A stretch of 51,029 bases of DNA from Octopus bimaculoides (Eukaryota): the NCBI RefSeq assembly GCF_001194135.2, contig NC_068984.1:94261930-94312958 (forward strand), written 5' to 3'. A program made the translations under genes and the position numbers. Below the pieces are notes generated by a model that worked only from the letters and a program-made list of their open reading frames with translations, was not told the DNA's origin and did not search any database. Of this stretch, positions 49,938 to 51,029 are shown in pieces (the first letter of the stretch is position 1; every line of letters starts with the position of its first letter).

Positions 49938-51029
49938 ACAAATACCCAGTATACTTTAACATGGTCCATTCTGGACTCTGGAATTCCATACCAGGGCCAG
50001 CGCTCTAATTGCAAGCTTTGCTTGAAGGAGGCGTTCCATATTTTAAAATACAATTCTCCCACACTACTTAATCAATATAACGAAGCACTTAGCACTTGTA
50101 ATCACCGTTTCTTCCATACATTCAAATTCTATCACAGACACAAATGCACAAATGACCACACAACGTACTCACACAACTCCCCATAGGTAACCCCAACCAA
50201 CTTGAGTTAGCAAATAGGTCTCCCTTCTACCGTCTTTAAAATAGGTTTTAACTCTATTTATAGAATCTTATCATTACTAACTCTGTTCTCTTATTTTGCT
50301 TCCTTCCTTTGATACTATTCTCCGAATGCCACCAACACCATCACCACCTACAGGTTCCTTCCTATCCTGACACTGTACACAGTTATAAATACTTCTCCAC
50401 ATTACCTCTCCACACTCCTTTTCTCTACCTATCCATTTCTTTACTAAACTTATACTTCCACCCCCATCTTCTTCCCTTTACTCTCTCTCCTTCTTCCTTC
50501 CTTCCTGTCAGTATAACTGACCTCACGATCGCCTACTACTAGCAACAGTATTTCCATTTCTCCCTTAAATTACTTCCTCTCTTCCTTCCTGTCTTAAGGC
50601 TTGACCTCTTAATCCTACACACATCTTTCACTCGCTTCAGACTATCCTTTGAGTAAACAACGCACAGAGTATACTGGATATGATATGATATATATCCACC
50701 TTTGCAACTACAATTATCTCCGGAAAATAACCACACGGATTCTTTACATGGACGTTTACTGTTGGAATGGAACTATACTCCAAGTACTTTTTCTTCTTTG
50801 TTCTTTCTTCTACGCATCGCTCTCACTTCTTACTACAAATCTCCTCTTATAGATGTAATAATCCATTCTTCTACTATTACCATCTCCGATGAAGGGATAC
50901 ATTGAATTTTCCTTGAAACAGCTGTAAGACTTTATACATAAAATATAATTCTACCTTTGCCATTGGTCGCTTTATCTTATTCTTTTTTATATATACACAC
51001 GCTAATACACGACCCATGTTATAATCCCC
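49935..51029 (+). mobile_element. Penelope-like element: endonuclease C-terminus and pseudo-LTR
   Basis: YTLTWSILDSGIPYQGQRSNCKLCLKEAFHIL...LLNQYNEALSTCNH, stop at 50184-50186; CpG-rich, so probably relatively young. Confidence 0.8.
50883..50929 (+). ncRNA. Minimal type I hammerhead-like ribozyme, variant core
   Basis: tct/aga stem I; CCGAUGA; stem II aggga/tcctt; GAAA; palindromic acagctgt; GUA triplet 50924-50926. Confidence 0.6.

Noticed and set aside
520-50062. Many short ORFs rich in YIYI, CVCV or HTHT
   Set aside because: These are translations of TA/CA microsatellites or antisense shadows of transposon ORFs.
1-51029. Fanzor/TnpB, Helitron Rep/helicase or viral genes
   Set aside because: No RuvC, HUH/helicase or capsid-like motifs were recognised in any frame inspected. 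Reading by eye cannot exclude highly decayed copies.

Overview
AT-rich eukaryotic genomic DNA, dense in microsatellites and transposons, with four assembly gaps (7196-7522, 9854-10549, 11960-12205, 20424-20433). The SINE and RTE families present point to an octopus or other cephalopod genome (inference from repeat recognition, not a database search). Contents: (1) a full-length, decayed Gypsy/Mag-type LTR retrotransposon at 24211-29034 with both LTRs, a 5-bp ACTAT target-site duplication (TSD) and a SINE nested in gag; (2) a second, partial Gypsy element; (3) several RTE LINEs; (4) an R4/Dong-like LINE; (5) several Penelope-like remnants, three with hammerhead-ribozyme folds, one of which has an intact core; (6) Tigger, mariner and maT (DD37D) transposase relics; (7) many tRNA-derived SINEs. 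No intact transposon ORF is present. Host genes are only partly visible. A likely first coding exon lies on the minus strand at 2189-2270, inside a CpG-rich, promoter-like first ~8 kb. Weaker exon candidates lie near 31-33 kb, inside the CpG-depleted remainder. Best leads: the Penelope hammerheads, a 24-bp hairpin enclosing a candidate stop codon (possible ADAR substrate), CpG-decay evidence in the LTR pair, a foldback carrying telomere repeats, and a tRNA-like cassette clamped by inverted repeats. None of these proves a new system without further checks.
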